Assembly: GCF_009914755.1 (NCBI RefSeq)
Contig: NC_060934.1
Direction: 5' to 3' (one strand)
DNA length: 64,000 nucleotides
From: the human T2T-CHM13v2.0 reference genome, Homo sapiens
Numbering within the stretch: position 1 is the first letter of the stretch; each line of letters opens with the position of its first letter. The position numbers were made by a program, and so were the translations under genes. This document shows positions 47,432 to 64,000 of this stretch, piece after piece. The notes under the pieces are model-generated. The model was not told where the DNA came from. It made no database searches and was given only the letters and a program-made list of their open reading frames with translations.

Positions 47432-48150
47432 TCACAGGCACTGTACAGGCACAGATTATTACAATTCAGTGACTAAGAATTTTCAGTCAAACACAGAAAA
47501 GCCTGGGGCAAACATAAAATTAAGGCTGTTACCTTCCCATAAAAGCTTATCATTTTCAATGATCTTAGGGGAACAAGCATCATATTGAGGGAGAGAAGAA
47601 TAGGTAAGTCATGTGTCCCTCAGAAATTGGGAGATGTAGAAGTTTTCTGCCCTGGCTAGGGGTATATTTTATCACAGAAATTGTTTAGAATTTCCAGAGT
47701 ATGGAGAAAATAAATAGCAGCCCATCTTTTGATCTGTTTTCCTTTTAAATTCTCTATGGCCTTCACCTTGGGCCGCCTCCAATGCCTCCTCTTCTTTAGT
47801 GTGTCACTGGAACACAGAAGTCAGAAAATAAAGGAGGTACAGTTTAAGAAAACTGTCGATAAGGAATTTTCAGTGTGATCATTGGAGCAACCAACAGGAA
47901 GTAAATGGATTAGAAGCCTACAACATTTTTGAGAACATTATACTATCAAAAAAAAAAAAAAAACCCAAAAGTTTGACTAGCAAAATTCCATGATTGTTTC
48001 ACCCTTGAAGTACCAAAGAATGGTTTACTCTCCAATGTCCACTTCATATGTGACCCAAGATGATAACGGATAGAGAAACTGTCAGAGGGCAAGACAAGGA
48101 CCCGGGGGAAAAATAGTAAAAGGAATTACTCTACAAGAGAGTAGAACCAG

Positions 48151-48445
48151 GGCCCGGTATGGTGGCTCATGCTTGTAATCCCAGCACTTTGGGAGGTTGA
48201 GACAGGAGGATCACTGGAGGCCAGGAGTTCAAGACCAAGCTGAGCAGCATCATGAGATCCCATTTCTACAAAAATTCAAAAAATTAGGCAGGTGTGGTAA
48301 TGCATGCCTGTGGTCACAGCTACTAAGGAGGCTAAGGCGGGAAGTTCACTTGAGCTGGGAAGGTTGAGAGGCTGCAGTGATCTATGATGGTGCCACTGCC
48401 TTCCAGCCTGGGTGACAGAGCAAGGTCCTGTCTCTATTTAAAAAA
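48151..48445 (+). mobile_element. AluJ
   Basis: Diverged dimer; approximate TSD aagagagtaga. Confidence 0.9.
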
Positions 48446-48624
48446 CGGAGAGAAAATAAAGAGAGAGTAGATCGAGGTACAGGCAGATGGGCGAAGCAAG
48501 CAACTTACCTCTCTACCAGGCAAGGAGTCTGCAGTGACCGGCTGCCAGTATTTGATAACTTCTATGGGTCACTGAAGGGAGAGCCATTGCAGTTCTTCCC
48601 CACTATCACATTCTAGGTGTGTCT

Positions 48625-49285
48625 ATGTTATACTCTAGGAGGATAGTCTGACAACAATATGCCTTCACAGGTTGCCAGGCCATGAGGAGACACGCTCAGG
48701 CCCAATGGAGACAACCACATCTCATCCAGAAATTGTGGATTTGAACTGTTTGCCATAACTGGCTGAGACTTTGAATTGCCTATCTTGTGAAATGAATGTT
48801 CTAAGGCTGGGAAGAAATATGTGCACAGAAATTTGGATGGCCAGTAAAGGAGACCAAAGCATACAGCTGCTGTCTCTCCAAATACGCTTTTTCTTTCAGA
48901 AGTCATAGCTTTCTTGTGACTACATTTTGCAGCTCGCATGTGACTAGGGTTTTATAGAATGCTAGCAGAAATAACACGTGCAACTCCTTGCTCACTTTCT
49001 TAAAAGGAATTAGATATCTGATTCCTCCTGTCTTTTCTTTTCCTGCCATCTTGCATGTGATCTCGCTCATCATCTAGCTTTGATCATGGAGATGAGGACT
49101 ATGCCCCTAGGTTATGGCAGAACAAAAGATAGAAGAGACTGAGTTCTCAAATGACAGATCTATCCCACCAAACTGGACCGTTACACAGACTTAGTTATGT
49201 GAGAAAGGTATGTGAACTTAAATTATTTCTGCCAGAGAATTTTAGGTTCTCATTGTTACAGCAGCTTGGTGTTCACCCCAATCAG
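48625..49285 (+). mobile_element. Old MaLR LTR (MLT1-type), diverged
   Basis: 3' end ttttaggttctcattgttacagcagc and internal MLT1-like motifs; boundaries approximate. Confidence 0.45.
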
Positions 49286-49445
49286 TGTAGTAAGTATAGT
49301 TCTAGTTCATTCAACTTAACTGCCCATGAGTACCCAGATTTACTTGTTTCCTTATTTACAATGTTTCCCATTTATAGCTCTTATGGAAAATGCAGCATTG
49401 TCCATTTTTCCAGACATGTCTTTATACACCTATGAGAGTTTTTCT

Positions 49446-49658
49446 AAAGCTGTGATGAACAATACAGTATCCTTTAGCCACAGGTATGATTTAAATTTTA
49501 ATTATTGAAAATATAAAAAAGCATTCATTTGTTACACTAACCACACTTCAGGTACTCATAAGCTCTATTAGTCACCTTCTGAACTGTGACTACCCTATTG
49601 GACAGTACTAATAGAAAACATTTCCATCATCACAAAGAATTCTTTTGAACAGCACTGC
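49446..49658. mobile_element. MER3/MER33-like hAT-Charlie MITE
   Basis: ctattggacag...aacatttccatcatcacaaagaattcttttgaacagcactg. Confidence 0.7.
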
Positions 49659-52185
49659 TCAAAGAGGTTTACATCGACTAGGATATAAACCTAGTCGTAA
49701 AATTTCTAAGTCATAGAATATGCACATCTTCAGTGTTACTACGTAATGACAAATAACTTACCAACATGATTACAGCAATTTATAGCAACTTATACAAGTT
49801 TTCACTTGCTAACAGCTTCACCTATACGATACTATGAAACTTTTCGTTTTGCCATAGAAATGGATGTGAATTATGACTGAGCAACTTGTTGTTTATTTAC
49901 TCTCTTTTTTACGTTAAGGTGTAAGATTTCATTTCTTAATTAAACAATCCTATCTTGCTTCAAGTTAATAAAGATATTTTCATCTAAAAGACTGAAGTTT
50001 TACTAGTAACATTGAGATCTTTAATCCATATGGAAGGTATTGTATGTCACATTGGGTAGAAATTTAATTTTACTTTCTACCATCTGGAGAGCTAATTGAC
50101 CAAATATCATGTATTGAATAATCCATCTTTTGCACTTTGATGTGTACTGCCAACTCTGTCATCACCAAATTCCCTTATCTTCATAGGTCACTCTCTGAAA
50201 TATCTATTTCAATCCACTAGTCTATTTGTTTAATCCTCCCATCATAACATGATGTCTCATTTCTTAAATGTATAAGTTTTAATATCTCAAAAGATGAGTC
50301 ACTACATTCTTATTCTCTTTCTTCAAAATTATTTTGTCTGGTCTTGATACTTTTGTTTTTCCATATGAATTTTAGGATCTATTTGTCAATCTCAAAGACA
50401 TACTGTTAGGATATTATGGTAGGCTAGAACATATCCTCTCCTGCCTCAAGACATTCCTGTCATAATCTTTGGAACCTGTGAATTTTTCCTTATTTGGAAA
50501 AAGGGTACTTGCAGAAATGATGAGGTTAAGGATCTAAAGATGGGAACATTATCCTGGATTATCTAGATGGATTACAAATGTAATTGCAAGCATCCTTGTA
50601 GCGAGGAGGCAGAAACAAATTTAGGCGCACACACATGAGAATATGACATGAAGACAGAGGCAGATTGGAGTGATGCAGCTACAACCCAAGGGATGACAGT
50701 CTGCAAGGAACAGATTCTCTCCTAGAGCCTCCAGAGGGAACACGGCCCTCCCAACATCTTGATTTCAGCCCAGTGATACCGACTTTGGACTTCTGAATTT
50801 CAGAAATGTGAAAGAATAAATTTCTGTTTAAGCCACCAAGACTATGGTGATTTGTTACAGCTGCCATAGGAAACTAATGCAAATTTTGGTACCTGGAAGT
50901 AGAGTGCTGCTGAAACAAATACCTAAAAATGTGGAAGTGGATTTGGAATCTGACACTGAATAGAGTTGGGAAGAATTTTGTGGTGCATGATAGAAAAAGC
51001 ATTGACTGCCTTACACATACTTCTGGTAGAAATATGGATGTTAAAGGGGCCATTGTAAGGCCCCAGAAGAAACTGGTAACACAGTAGAAAATGTCTATAT
51101 CATCTTAAAGATATATTACCATAAACAGAATGTTTGTAGACATGTGAATGTTGAAGACACTGTTGTTAAGTTTCCAAAGAAAATACGGAGCATGTTATTG
51201 GAAAAGGGAAGAAAGATGCTAACTGTTATCAAGTGGCAGATAACAGCCAAATTGTGTTCCACCATCAGGTAGAAAGTAGAACTTGTACCTTCTACATGGA
51301 TGAACCTGGACATTTATCTGAGAATATTTTCAAGTGATGTGTTGAAGGTGCAGTCTGATTTCTTCTTGAAGTTTACACTAAAATGTGAGAGGAAAGGGAT
51401 AAATTGAGAAATGAAATATTAAGCAAAATGGAACCAGAACTCGGTAATTTGGGAAATTCTCAACCTATCCAGATTGCAAAAGATGCTAAAATAGGAAGAG
51501 TCACTGTTAAGAAAGTGTGCTTCAGAAAAACCAAAAGTGGGGTTGGATAACATTAGATAGTGCTGAAGAGACTGGCCATGTAACTCATGGATCACTTCAA
51601 ACATCTCAGCAGAAGCTGAGAATAGAGATGTGATTTTCCAGGGAAGATTTGTATATGAACCTCTTGATTAATGGCATGAATCCCCATAACACACATAAGA
51701 GACCCACGGAATTTTTAAGAATGCTATGCCAGAAGAAACACTGTCTGGTGGGACTAAAGTAACTACCAGATGGAAACAGGCTAATAAAACTATTCAGCTA
51801 CAAGCATATGCTACACTAAAGAAAAAGGAAGAATGACCGAGGGAAGAGCTTTGGGTCTAGAGGCTGGTGCTGCAATCACGGGGAAATAAACCAGAGCCAG
51901 GAACCCTCAGGGCATTGCTTTCAGGTCTTGAAACCCAATGGAATTTGTTTACTAGACTTTGAAATTGCTTGGGACAAATGACCCCTTTATTCCTTCATTT
52001 TCTACCTTTTGGAATGCAAATGTCTGTAACTGTTACACTATGCCTGTGTCACCATTGTATTTTACAAGCAGGTAACTTGTTTTCTAATTTCACTGATCTA
52101 CAGATACAAATTTTGAGATGTTTAAAGTGATCCATGGGTTACATGCCTAATCTCTTCAGCACTATCATATTTTGACCCAGCATAG

Positions 52186-52526
<341 letters not shown>

Positions 52527-52547
52527 TGAGATGATGAGATTTGAGAC

Positions 52548-56093
<3,546 letters not shown>

Positions 56094-57826
56094 GAGATTT
56101 GAGACTTTTAAATTGATGATAGTTGGGTGAGATTTTGGACTTCAGTTGATGCTGTATGGGTTGAGACTTTTGGGAATATTGGAATGGGTTGAATACACTT
56201 TGTGTGTGAGATGTACATGAATCTCTGGAGACTAGAGTCCAGATTGTGGGAGGCCAAAAAATCCCCCTACCCCAAAAGATATCCATATTCTCATTCCTAG
56301 AACTGTGAATCTTTCCGTATTGGTGGAAAAAAAGAATCTTTGCAGATGTGATTGGGTTAAAAATCTTGAGATAGGGAGATTATCCTAGATTACTTAGTTG
56401 GGCCCTAAATACAATTACATGTATCCTAAAAGAGGGAGGTAGAGGGACATTTAGACACATAAACAAACAGAAGAGAGGGCAACATGAGGATAGAGACTGA
56501 GGTGATGGAGCCTCAAGCTAAGGAATTGCAGAAGGCAACAGGGCACAAATCCTCCCCTAGAGGTCTGGGGTTACAGAACCTTACCAACACCTTGATTTCA
56601 GTCTAGCGATGTATTTTGTACTTCTGGCCTCCCAAACCATGAGAAAATAATTTCTATTGTTTTAAGCCACAGGCGTTGTAGGAATTTCTCATAGCACTCA
56701 CAAGAATCCTATGTTTTTGGAATTCACTGAATTTAGAGGTTAATTTGTATGGGATAATCATCTTTATAATAGTCTTCTCATACATGAGGCATGAGTATAT
56801 CCATTTTCATTACATCTTCTCTTATATCCTTTGAAAAAGTTTTAAATTTTTCTCCATAAAGGTGATATGCATCCTTTGTTATTCCTAGAAAACTGGTAGT
56901 ATTCATTGATACTGTGAATTGAATTTTTTTAGCATTGCCTCTATATTTTCTATTTGATTACTTTTGGGGCCTATCAATTTTAGCATCTGATAGTATATTC
57001 AGTGTGCCTTTAAAAGTCATTATTTTTGCAGTAGTTTATAGACTTTTCTGGATTTTCTAGAGAAACACCATGTGTACAAATGATAAGAGTTTTACTTCCT
57101 TTATGATTCTTTCTTTTCTTGGGATACTACCCAAGACTTCCATGCTTATTGAATACAAGTAGTAATCGAAAAGGTTTACCCTCACTCTTATGTTAAAGAC
57201 AATTCTACTTCACCATGAAATGTGTTTCTGTAGGCTTTAGATAGATGCCTATTATCATTATAAGGGATTCCCTTTTATTCGAGAGATTCTCATGCTGGAG
57301 TTCAAAGTTATCAAATAATTTTTCTGTTTAGAATGGATTATATTTGCTTTTTCTCTTTAAGCTATTTTTATTTTTTAAAGTTTGCTTAGGATTATTAGGG
57401 CTCCTTGACTCTGTGGCTTGATGTCTTCCATTCGTTTGAGAAAATTCCCAGCCATAATGTCTTCAAACGTTGCTTCTGCCCATTCTTTCTTTTCTGGATA
57501 TTTGCATATTTCCTAGACTTTCTCACTGTATCTTTTATGTCATTGTGTATCCAGTTCTATTATTTTTCTATTCCTTTTTTTCTCTACGCTTTATTCTTAA
57601 TGTATTTTTTGGAGTTATCCTCTTAACCAATTCTCTGTAATTTACTATTACATCAATTTAGATCCATCCATTTAGTACCTAATTTCAATGATTTCCATTC
57701 TAAGAGCTTCTAATTTTCGGCCCAAATTCTTATTTTCAGTCTCATTAAACTTTTCAAAATGTTTTAAAACATAGATTTGGCTGTGTCATTAATTCCTTTA
57801 AATGATTTTTGGTTGTGTCCTATTAG

Positions 57827-58205
<379 letters not shown>

Positions 58206-58444
58206 TGTTTTATTAATATCTTAAGTGAGGCACTTATACGCATTTATTCTCCATTTTTTAAATTTTCTAATATTCCTAAATATACTGCCATAAAAATCAT
58301 CATTTGTTCTGATATTTAATATATACTTTACTATTTGTGAGGCTTTGATTTTCTGATTTTTCTGAGAACCTTGAGTTATTTTTTAAAGTTTAAAAATTTA
58401 AAATACATGTTTTAGATATCTTTTTTAATTGATAACCTTTTAAA

Positions 58445-60570
58445 AAAAATTAAGTTCCAGGGTGCATATGCAGGATGTACAAGTTGATACATAGGGAAAC
58501 ATGTGCCATGGTGCTTTGCTGCACCAATCAATCCATCACTTAGCTATTAAGCCCCACATGCATTAGCTATTTATCCTGTTGTTCTTCCACCCCCTGACCC
58601 CAACCAACAGTCTCCAGTGTGTGTTGTTCCCTTCCTTGTGTCCATATGTTCTCATTGTTCAGGTTCCACTTATGAGTGAAAACCTGGTGTTTGGTGTTCT
58701 GTTCCTGCATTAGTTTGCCGAGGATAATAGCTTCCAGCTCCATCCATGTACCTGCAAAGGACATTATCTCATTCTTTTTTATGGCTGCATAGCATTCCAT
58801 GCTGCATAGGTACCACATTATCCAGTCCATCACTGATGGGCATTTGGGTGGATTATCGGGGGAACCCGCCCCCAATATTTCAACGTAGGTCCTATTTTCC
58901 CTAAGTGTCAGCCAGTCTGAGCAATAAAGAGAAAGAGTACAAAGAGAGAAATTTTACAGCTGGGCCACTGGGGGTGACATCACATATCGGTAGGTCCATG
59001 ATACCCACCTGAGCCGCAAAACCAGCAGGTTTTTATTAAGGACTTCAAAATGGGAGGGGGTGTATGAACAGGGAGTAGGTCACAAAGATCACATGCTTCA
59101 AAGGGCAAAAAGGAGAACAAAGATCATGTGCTTTTGGGAAAACAGGACCAGGGCAAAATCAGAAACTCCTGATAAGGGTCTATGTTCAGTGGTGCATGTA
59201 CTGTCTTGACAAACATCTTAACAGACAACAGGGTTCGACAGCAGAGAACTGGTCTGACCTCAAATTCACCAGGGTGGGGTTTTTTCCACACCCTAATAAG
59301 CCTGAGGGTACTGCAGGAGACCAGGGCGTAGTATTTCAATCGTTATCTTAACTGCATAAGACAGACACTCCCAGAGCAGCCGTTTATAGACCTCCCCCCA
59401 GGAATACAATTCTTTTCCTAGGTTCTTACTATTAATATTCCTTTCTAGGAAAAGAATTTAGTGATATCTCTCCTACTCGCACATCCATTTATAGGCTCTC
59501 TGCAAGAAGAAAAATATGGCTCTATTCTGCCTGACCCTGCAGGCAGTCAGACCTTATGGTTGTCTTCCCTTGTTCCCTGAAATCGCTGTTATTCCGTTCA
59601 TTTTCAAGGTGCACTGATTTACAATCACACATGTTTTACAATCAGTTTGTGCAGTTTAACACAACAGTGGTCCTGTGGTGGACATACATCCTCAGCTTAC
59701 GAAGATAACAGGATTAAGAGATTAAAGTAAGATAGGCGCAAGAAATTATAAGAGTATTAATTCTGGGAACTGATATGTGTCCATATTAAAATGAAATCTT
59801 CACAGTTTATGTTCCTCTGCTGTGGCTCCAGCTGGTCCCTCCATTCAGGGTCCCTGACTCCCCACAACAGTTGATTCCATGTCTTTGCTATTGTGAATAG
59901 TGCTGCAATGAACATATGTATGCATGTATCTTTATAATAGAATAATTTATATTCCTTTCGGTATATATCCAGTAATGGGATTGCTGGGTCAAATGGTATG
60001 TCTGCTTCTAGGTCTCTGAAGAATTGCCACACTGTCTTCCACAATGGTTGAACTAATTTACATTCCTACCAACAGTGTAAAAGCATTCTAATTACCATTC
60101 TGACTGCTGTGAGATGGTATCTCATTGTGGTTTTGATTTGCATTTCTCTATCAGTGATGTTGAGCTTTTCTTCATGTTTCTTGGCCAGAAAAATGCCTTC
60201 TTTTGAGAAGTGTCTGTTCATGTCCTTTGCCCACTTTTTAATGGGGTTGTTTGCTCTCATGATAGTTTCTTTTGGGGTCCAGGAACTTTCTAGTTTAATT
60301 AGATCCTATTTGTCAATTTTTGCTTTTGTGGTGATTGCTTTTGGTGTCTTTGTCATGAAATCTTTGCCCATTCCTATGTCCTGAATGGTATTGCCTAGAT
60401 TTTCTACTAGGGTTTTTATAGTTTGGGGTTTTACATTTAAGTCTTTAATCCATCTCGAGTTAATTTTTGTATAAGGTGTAAAGAAGGGGTCCAGTTTCAA
60501 TTTTCTGTGTATGGCTAGCCAGTTCTCCCAGTACCATTTATTAAATAGGGAATCCTTTCCCTATTGTTTT
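58445..60570 (-). mobile_element. 5'-truncated L1PA8-10-like element with internal deletions
   Basis: 3' UTR atgcaggatgtacaag...attaagccccacatgcattagctattt; ORF2 C-terminal fragments. Confidence 0.85.
58854..59869 (-). mobile_element. MER11 solo LTR (HERV-K HML-8)
   Basis: Reverse complement starts tgttgtggggagtcagggaccc; 6-bp TSD gtggat / gttgat, typical of ERVK. Confidence 0.92.
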
Positions 60571-61185
60571 GTTGTGGTTAATTTTTTTGCTTGGGTGATT
60601 GTAATATCCCTATACAACTTTATTATGTTCTGTGTTTGCCAGAATTTTTTCCCATCTTTTTATCCCTTTACTTTTTAAACTTTTAAAAATGTATATATAT
60701 ATGTATATGCTGTTTAAATGGACACATTTAAATATCTTTTAGTAAATACATTTGTTCACCTTTATTGGGATTACTAGTATAGTTAAATTTATTTCATTTT
60801 CTATTTACCATGTCTCTTTTCATTTATTATAATTTATGATGATGATTTTTAACTTTTCTGTCTACCTTTGGTGAGCTGCAGCTTTACTATGATGAGTCTA
60901 GATGGGGAATTATTTTTATTATACTCTTTAAAAGAAAGTCTTATGTCACTTTACAAATTCTCAGTCTATCCCCCACTAGCTCTCTTCTGTCTTTAAGGTC
61001 CTACAGTAAGATTCATGTTGGAACTTTTCACTCTATCCTTCGTGTCTCTTCATCAGCTTTCAGAACTGCATTTTGTGCAACGTCCTCAAATATATATTTC
61101 AATTCACCAATTCTAAAAATGTACCTCATTTTCATTTTGAAAACTGTTTCATTCAATGGCCCTGTTTAATACCTACCATCCTATA

Positions 61186-61486
61186 CTTTTTTTTTTTTTT
61201 CCAGTGCTGAGGCCTCACTCTGTCAGACAGGTTGGAGTGCAGTGGCATAATCATAGCTAACTCTAACTTTGAACTCCTGGGCTCAAGCAATCCTCCCACC
61301 TCAGGCTCCCAAGTAACTGGGGCTGCAAGCACGTGCCAGCATGCCCAACTGATTTTTAAAAATTTTTGTAGAGACAGAGTCTCGATATGTTTCCCAGGTT
61401 AGTTTTGAACTCCTAGCTTCAAGTGATCCTCTGTCCTCAGGCTCCCAAAATGCTGGGATTACAGACATAAGCCACCATCCCCAGCC
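61186..61486 (-). mobile_element. AluJ
   Basis: Poly(T) then diverged antisense dimer. Confidence 0.9.
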
Positions 61487-62230
61487 TAAACATTTTTAAA
61501 GCTCTTCTGAAAGTCTTTTTCAGGTTGTTCTCTTACCTCAAATTCTTTGAAAGTTAATGTTGTTGTTTCCAAAGTCTGCTTTGTTAGAAGGAGTCTAAAG
61601 TTTCTAAAACAGTTTCTATGGAAATGTCCCAACAGAGTGAGTTTACATATGCCTTTGCCAGCTGACCCTAGAAGTTCCCTGGACAAAAACCAGTTTTATG
61701 TTAATTTCTCAAGTTCGAATTTTTGAACTATGATGTCATTGTAAATTCAGACTCCATAGCGAATATGCCACATGTTTGAGGTTTCAATTACTCTAAGGGT
61801 ACTGTTATTTTTTACCCATAATCTTAAGGCAAAATTTTTGTTCTCTAATTTAAATGCTTTTATAGTCCCTGATCCACAAAGGAGCAACTAACTATTCTAA
61901 CGTTACTGAAGGGATATTATTTCCAGATCATTCTCTTGGGTGCTAAGGCTACATTGTCTATCACTACATTGACATTAAAACCTCAGACCCTAATCTTTAA
62001 AACCTCTAAGTCTAATACTCCCACAGATCATGGCAGATTTCTCATTTTGTGAACCTAGTGACTTGATTTCCATTTCCTCTTAATTTCTTGAAAAGGGACT
62101 CCCCCCGCTTTTTTGTGAGCTTCATACATATAGAAAATAATTCTGATTACTATATTTTATTCACCATTTCTGTATGCTTGGAGTGAGAATGTAGTCGGTG
62201 TTAGCTCTATCTGACTTGTTTTAAAATTCT

Positions 62231-62535
62231 ATTTTTTTTTTTTTTTTTTTTTTGAGACGGATTCTCGCTCTGTCTCCCAGGCTGGAGTACAGTGGCGCGT
62301 TTTTGGCTGACTGCAAACTCCACCTCCTGGATTCAAGCACTTATCCTGCCTCAGCCTCCCAAATAGCTGGGATTACAGGTGCCCGCTGCCACACCCAGTT
62401 AATTTTTGCATTTTTAGTAGAGACAGGGTTTCACCATGTTGGCCAGGCTGTTCTTGAACTCCTGACCTCAGGTGATCCACCCACCTTGGCCTCCCAAAGT
62501 GCTAGGATTACAGGCGTGAGCCACTGTGCCCAGCC
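62231..62535 (-). mobile_element. AluS
   Basis: Exact 18-bp TSD gacttgttttaaaattct (62213-62230 / 62536-62553). Confidence 0.95.
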
Positions 62536-62969
62536 GACTTGTTTTAAAATTCTTATTTCTTAACATAGTCATACACTATTTTTCACTTTTTTTACCTAAT
62601 AATTAATTTTGTGATTATTCTGTATCAATAACCATACATTGCTTGTCTTTTTAACAGTTTTTAATAGTATTCCACTGTAATAATGTAGAATAATTCATAT
62701 AACCAGGCATTGACTATTTTCAATATTTTTAAACTATCAAAAAAGTGTTGTCACTGTACAAAGTGTGGAAAATACAGAAAATTTTGCTGTATATCCTTTT
62801 AGTCCTTTTTCTTTCATACATATTGAGTTTTTATGTAAACTTGTTATATAATTTACTAAGCTAATGTATCATTTTAAAATGGTGAGCATGCTTTATATCC
62901 TTAAATACTCTTCAGGAACTGCTATGGCAGTGTGGTGGTTCACTTTAGATATGTAGCACCATTTTAAGT

Positions 62970-63678
<709 letters not shown>

Positions 63679-64000
63679 TGATATAGTTTGGATGCTTGTC
63701 CCTTCCAAACCTCATGTTGTAATGTGATCCCTAGTGTTGGAGGCAGGGCCTGATGGGAGGTGTTTGGGCCATGGGGGCGGATCCATCTTGAATGACTTGG
63801 TGCCTTCCCTGTGATAATGAGCTCATACCAAATCTGGTTAAAGAGACTGGCACCTCTCTCCTCTCATCGTTGCTCCCCCTCTCATCGAGTAATGTGTCTG
63901 CTCGCCCTTCACCTTCCACCATGATTGGAAACTTCCTGAGGACTCACCAGAAGCAGATACTGGCACCATGCTTCTTGGACAGCGTGTAAAACTGCAAGCC
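63679..64000 (+). mobile_element. MSTB-like MaLR LTR (runs off the window)
   Basis: tgatatagtttggatgcttgtccc...ccatgattggaaacttcctgagg...cagaagcagat. Confidence 0.85.

Overview
Primate (human-like) euchromatic DNA: AT-rich, CpG-depleted and composed mostly of nested transposable elements. I find no intact host protein-coding gene; every ORF in the track that I can identify is a decayed HERV-L gag/pol/dUTPase, L1 ORF1/ORF2 or Alu-derived frame. Main structures: (1) a complete HERV-L/MLT2A provirus (1287-14554, minus, 5-bp TSD) whose 5' LTR is split by a co-oriented full-length L1PA6-like element; (2) an older, internally scrambled ERV-L/MLT2 provirus (19981-29127) carrying self-copied direct and inverted segments plus several nested elements; (3) a cluster of ERV1 solo LTRs (MER4, MER34/39, LTR10 with a near-perfect p53 site, MER66, LTR15 inside an Alu); (4) a near full-length L1MA containing a U6 snRNA-L1PB chimeric retrocopy; (5) a complete MaLR (MLT1) provirus holding a twin-primed 5'-inverted L1PA; (6) a MER11 LTR inside an L1PA. 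Subfamily names come from recalled consensus sequences, not a RepeatMasker run. Nothing here supports a new biological system; the best leads are unusual retrotransposition products and possible LTR-derived regulatory elements.
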